Of a stretch of DNA of 64,000 bases, positions 60,301 through 64,000 are shown piece after piece. The stretch lies in NCBI GenBank assembly GCA_963674965.2, contig CAXXFL010000001.1, positions 1,248,001-1,312,000 of the forward strand, read 5' to 3'. A program made the position numbers and the translations under genes. How positions within the stretch are numbered: position 1 is the first letter of the stretch; each line of letters opens with the position of its first letter. The notes below the pieces were generated by a model. That model ran no database searches. It was not told where the DNA came from and was given only the letters and a program-made list of their open reading frames with translations. Source of the DNA: a bacterium. Lineage in GTDB: Bacteria > RBG-13-61-14 > DATKZS01.

Positions 60301-60882
60301 ATGCCATATATCAACTACCAGGAAAAAGAGTTCAACTTCAAGATCGTGTATTACGGTCCCGGCATGAGCGGCAAGACGACGAACCTGGTTTACATACACA
60401 GGTCGCTCGACCCGGACCGCAAGGGCGAGCTGGTGATCCTGGACACGGAGGAGGAAAGGACCCTGTTCTTCGATTTCTTTCCCCTCGACCTGGGCGAGAT
60501 AGAGGGCTTCAACGTCAGGTTCAACATGTACACGGTCCCCGGCCAGGTCATGTACGAGGCCAGCAGGAAGCTCATCCTGGAAGGATCGGACGGCGTCATC
60601 TTCGTGGCCGACTCCCGCCCCGAGCGTTATGAGGCCAACATCGAGCTGTATCGGATGATGATCGCCAACCTCGAGTCCTACGGGCACGACCCCAAGACTT
60701 TTCCCACCGTGCTCCAGTACAACAAAAGGGACATGCCCGATCCCATTCCCGTCGGGTCCATCGAGAGGGACCTGGGACTTAACGGCATACCGGTTTTCGA
60801 GTCCGTCGCCACCAAGGGCGTCGGCGTAATGGACACCATCCGGAGAACGAGCCAGATGGTGATCGAGAAATTCCACCTATAA
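60301..60882 (+). CDS. mglA: MglA-type small Ras-like GTPase
   Basis: KIVYYGPGMSGKTTNL, ERTLFFDF, YTVPGQ, DGVIFVADS, QYNKRD, VAT.G.GV. Confidence 0.93.
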   Translation: MPYINYQEKEFNFKIVYYGPGMSGKTTNLVYIHRSLDPDRKGELVILDTEEERTLFFDFFPLDLGEIEGFNVRFNMYTVPGQVMYEASRKLILEGSDGVIFVADSRPERYEANIELYRMMIANLESYGHDPKTFPTVLQYNKRDMPDPIPVGSIERDLGLNGIPVFESVATKGVGVMDTIRRTSQMVIEKFHL

Positions 60883-60898
60883 GGACGCGGGACCCAAA

Positions 60899-61651
60899 AT
60901 GGCGCTAAGAGGAAGCCTGGAAGACATGGACGTGTTCGAGCTTGTCCAGTTTCCCCATCAGGGAAGAAAAAGCGGCGAGTTGATACTCGTGGGCTCCGAG
61001 CACGAGGCGAGACTCTATTACCAAAAAGGAAAGCTCGTTCACGCCAGATACCTCGAGACAAAGGGACTCGATGTCCTGGTCGAGGTCCTGGGATGGTCGG
61101 AGGGAGTGTTCGAGTTCAGGCCCAACGAGGACTCGCCCGAAACCTCCATTGAGATGGACCTTCACCGGGCCGTTATGCAGGCGTTGAAAATCAAAGACGA
61201 GAAAACCATGACCAATGAGGCCGGGGAAAACGATAGCGAAAATTTGGTCCCTGAAAAACCCGATACCGAGACGGGCATGGATATCGCGGCGGACGATACG
61301 GCTAAATGGGCCAATTTCAAAGAGGCGGCGCAAAAAGAGAAGCCCATCCTCAGCGCGGTCCTGGTAAACGAGTCGGGACAATGCCTGGCCAGGGCGGGTA
61401 GAAATAAATCCGACAACGGCCTGGAAACGGAGAAGGTCAAGGATTTTCTTTTGCAATACGCGCTCGATCATCCCCGGCCGGGAATGAAGCGGATCATCAC
61501 CGAGGACGCGGGAGGAACGGTGGTCATGATCCCCATTTCACGCGGGATGTTTCTCGTGGCCCTGGCGGGCAAGGACGCTTCCCTTGGGGCGGCGTCGCTA
61601 AGCGCCAACCGGTTGGCCGAGTTCGCGGAGCGAAAAGGGGAGCCAAGATGA
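60899..61651 (+). CDS. DUF4388 domain plus divergent roadblock-like C-terminal domain
   Basis: LRGSLEDM...ELVQ...KSG.L...G.LVHA...W.EG.FEF; C-terminal AVLVNESG..LA.AG...A.K.ASLG. Confidence 0.75.
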   Translation: MALRGSLEDMDVFELVQFPHQGRKSGELILVGSEHEARLYYQKGKLVHARYLETKGLDVLVEVLGWSEGVFEFRPNEDSPETSIEMDLHRAVMQALKIKDEKTMTNEAGENDSENLVPEKPDTETGMDIAADDTAKWANFKEAAQKEKPILSAVLVNESGQCLARAGRNKSDNGLETEKVKDFLLQYALDHPRPGMKRIITEDAGGTVVMIPISRGMFLVALAGKDASLGAASLSANRLAEFAERKGEPR

Positions 61652-62025
61652 CGCAACCGGCCGAGAAAATTGCCGCCGCGGCCCGGATTCTTGAGAGTTC
61701 CATCGAGGAGGAAGACCACGTCATGTACGCCTGCCTGATGGACGAGACGGGCAAGAGGGTGGCGGAAAAAGAAGGGGCGAAAACCGTCGAGGAGGCCCGA
61801 TCGATCAGGTCCAGCCTGCACGGTCTGGCCCAAGGCTATCCTCGCGGGGGCCTGGCCAGGGCCTTCATCGAGGACGAGATGGGCACGATCGCCCTGTATT
61901 GCGTCGCCGGCGATCTGTATCTGGCGGTCGCGGCCGAGCCCGGATCGCCTCTCGGAGCCGTCTCGATGACGGCCGGCCGCGTCGCGGAGCGGATAAAAAG
62001 CTCCCTCCAAACGGGACTCGAGTGA
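61648..62025 (+). CDS. Divergent roadblock/LC7-like protein
   Basis: ACLMDETG, FIEDEMG.IAL, LAVAAE..SPLG; resembles the C-terminal domain of the preceding gene; ATGA overlap. Confidence 0.65.
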   Translation: MTQPAEKIAAAARILESSIEEEDHVMYACLMDETGKRVAEKEGAKTVEEARSIRSSLHGLAQGYPRGGLARAFIEDEMGTIALYCVAGDLYLAVAAEPGSPLGAVSMTAGRVAERIKSSLQTGLE

Positions 62026-62029
62026 AGCT

Positions 62030-63082
62030 ATGAACACGGAACTGGAAAATAGTTACAAGCCCTTGTTGATTAAAACGGAGCCTCGCCCGGAAATGACCTT
62101 CGAGAGTTTCGTCACCTGCCGGGCCAACGAGTTTCCGGCCGAGGTGGCCAAGACCCTGGCCGAGGGACACACCCCCGCCTACAACCCGCTTTTTATTTAC
62201 AGCGACGTTGGACTGGGCAAGACCCACCTCCTTTACTCGATCGTCAATGAGGTCAACCGGATAGGCGAGGCTTCCATCGCCATATTCAACGCCGTCGACC
62301 TCGAGGCCGAGTTGGAGAGGGCGGACCGAATAGGCCGGCGGGCGGAGCTTCGGGATTGGCTCATTAAAAAGGACGTCCTTCTTATAGACGACGTCCAGTT
62401 CTGCGAGTCCAGCGAGTCCTTCCAAAAGGAGTTGTTCGCCATAATCAGCGGCATGACCTCGCTGAACAAGAGGGTGGCCATAACCTGCGACGTTCCTCCC
62501 ACCCGGCTCAGGGGCATCGAGAAACGGCTCATCTCCAGGCTGGGGGGAGGAGTTATCGTGAGCTTGCAAATGGCGGACCTGAACGCTCGGATCGAGATTC
62601 TGAGAAGGACCGCCGCCGAGGCCCCCATCGACGAGGACGTTTACAAATACCTGGCCGAGCGCATCGACGACAACGTGCGAAGGCTAAAGGCCGCCGTTTA
62701 CCAGCTTCTGGTCCATCACCGGGAGACGGGAGTGGAGATAAACATCGAGCTGACTCGGGCCATAATACCCATGCCCGAGGACCTGGCTCATGGACCCGCT
62801 CGGGAGGACGAGGCCCGAGGAGCGTCGGGAAAGCGGTCCGGCTCGGAACGGGAAACCTCGGCCTCGGGGATCGACCGGTTCAAGAAAATGCTCCAGAGCG
62901 CTGAAAACGAAAGGGAGCAGGCCCTGGCCCTGCAGATAGCCATAGGCGAACGCATAAGGCAGCTTCGAGGCAAGGAAGAAAACCGGCAGACCCTGGAAAA
63001 ATTAAATAACGCCCTCAGCCTTCTTCGGGCGGGAGAGCTTAAGGCGGCCGTCGAGTTTATGGCCGAGATAGGCGGGGATTGA
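62030..63082 (+). CDS. DnaA-like AAA+ ATPase (domain III only) with unrecognised C-terminal helical region
   Basis: PEMTFESF, YNPLFIYSDVGLGKTHLL, LLIDDVQF, TCD, RLISRL, NVRRL; no domain I and no domain IV signature. Confidence 0.88.
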   Translation: MNTELENSYKPLLIKTEPRPEMTFESFVTCRANEFPAEVAKTLAEGHTPAYNPLFIYSDVGLGKTHLLYSIVNEVNRIGEASIAIFNAVDLEAELERADRIGRRAELRDWLIKKDVLLIDDVQFCESSESFQKELFAIISGMTSLNKRVAITCDVPPTRLRGIEKRLISRLGGGVIVSLQMADLNARIEILRRTAAEAPIDEDVYKYLAERIDDNVRRLKAAVYQLLVHHRETGVEINIELTRAIIPMPEDLAHGPAREDEARGASGKRSGSERETSASGIDRFKKMLQSAENEREQALALQIAIGERIRQLRGKEENRQTLEKLNNALSLLRAGELKAAVEFMAEIGGD

Positions 63083-63249
63083 GGCGTGGAAGAATGATTC
63101 CCACCATCGCGAACGAATTCCGCGGCCGGGTCGAGAGTCCTCCCCTGGACCCGGCGGCGATAACCCATAGAAAAAAGGACGCCCTGAATATAGGTAAGTC
63201 AAACGGATCAAACAACGCAATTAACGGCAATTAGAAAGGAGAAAGAAAA

Positions 63250-63600
63250 ATGGCAAGCAAAGCGAACGGAATCATCAAGGAATTGAGCGGCACGGACGGC
63301 GTTCATGAGGTCCTGGTCGTGGGACGCGACGGTTTCGTAATCGACCACGTGGGCGACATGGACGCGGACGGAGTTGGCGCGGTTGTGTCCACCGCCATCG
63401 GCGCCATCGAGGCCATGGGAAGGGACACGGAGCAGGGAAACCTGTTCGAGATCATGGCCGAGTACAACGAGGGGACCATAATAGCCGCGCCCGTGGGCAG
63501 GGACGCCGTGTTGGGCATGGTCGCCAGCTCGAGCGCCAATCTTGGCGGCATACGCCACGCGGCCAAAAAGGCCATACGTGACCTGGAAAGGGCCCTGTAG
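63250..63600 (+). CDS. Roadblock/LC7 protein
   Basis: GV..VLVVGRDGFVI, EY..G.II.A, ANLG.IR. Confidence 0.88.
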   Translation: MASKANGIIKELSGTDGVHEVLVVGRDGFVIDHVGDMDADGVGAVVSTAIGAIEAMGRDTEQGNLFEIMAEYNEGTIIAAPVGRDAVLGMVASSSANLGGIRHAAKKAIRDLERAL

Positions 63601-63627
63601 GGCGGGGCCGGGAAAAGGAGAGATGAA

Positions 63628-64000
63628 ATGGCGGAAAAAGTAGACGTTAAGGCGGTCGAGGCGATCCTTTACGGGCTCTACAAGGCCCTTCACAAACTGG
63701 CGGGGGCCAGCGCCCCGGCGGTAATGCGCCAGGCGGCGCCGGACATGCTCGAGGAACTGGGCAAGCTGGGGGTGGACTTCTCCTGCGTCGACGACATCGA
63801 CAAGCTTCAGAGCAAGCTGGGAGACACCGTGACCAACACCGGGCTGTGCGACAAGATCGAGTTCTCGAAGAACGGCGACGACCTGACGGCCAAGATACAC
63901 GGATGCTCATTTTACGGCCTGACCAGTCAGCTCAAGTCCGAGGGCATCGAGCCTTTTGGCTGCCCTTTCGCCGCTCTTACCGTGGCCCTGGCCGAGAAGA
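63628..64000 (+). CDS. V4R/MetOD1-like protein, truncated by the window edge (absent from the ORF track)
   Basis: AGGAG then ATG 63628; open to the end: MAEKVDVKAVEAILYGLYKAL...AKIHGCSF...FGCPFAALTVA. Confidence 0.65.
   Translation, partial: MAEKVDVKAVEAILYGLYKALHKLAGASAPAVMRQAAPDMLEELGKLGVDFSCVDDIDKLQSKLGDTVTNTGLCDKIEFSKNGDDLTAKIHGCSFYGLTSQLKSEGIEPFGCPFAALTVALAEK

Noticed and set aside
62030-63082. Calling the DnaA-like gene hda or a second dnaA
   Set aside because: It lacks the N-terminal clamp-binding motif of Hda and lacks DnaA domains I and IV
37000-64000. Apparent abundance of CTCGAG/TCGA words
   Set aside because: Explainable by CTC-GAG, ATC-GAG and GTC-GAG codon pairs in GC-rich genes; enrichment cannot be shown without a codon-aware count

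Overview
A 64-kb chromosomal window that appears to span the replication origin of an anaerobic, Deltaproteobacteria-like bacterium (taxonomy inferred from gene content only). Left end: a frameshifted IS1595-family element, an intact 1434-bp DDE IS with perfect 21-bp inverted repeats and an 8-bp target duplication, two parS sites, rsmG-mnmG and a second IS1595 remnant. Middle: transport, signalling and hydrolase genes, then dnaA-dnaN with DnaA-box clusters on both sides of dnaA (likely bipartite oriC), alr, purD, nagB, a candidate sRNA, a 2-oxoacid:ferredoxin oxidoreductase operon, tupABC and glnS. Right end, the most unusual part: a giant Cys-rich multi-PAS/GAF histidine kinase and an NtrC-type activator precede a sigma-54 promoter with palindromic enhancer-like sites. 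The operon behind it encodes two receiver proteins, MglB, an MglA GTPase, further roadblock/DUF4388 proteins, a truncated DnaA-like AAA+ ATPase with no DNA-binding domain, and a V4R-like protein that runs off the window edge. All family calls come from motif recognition by eye; no database searches were run.
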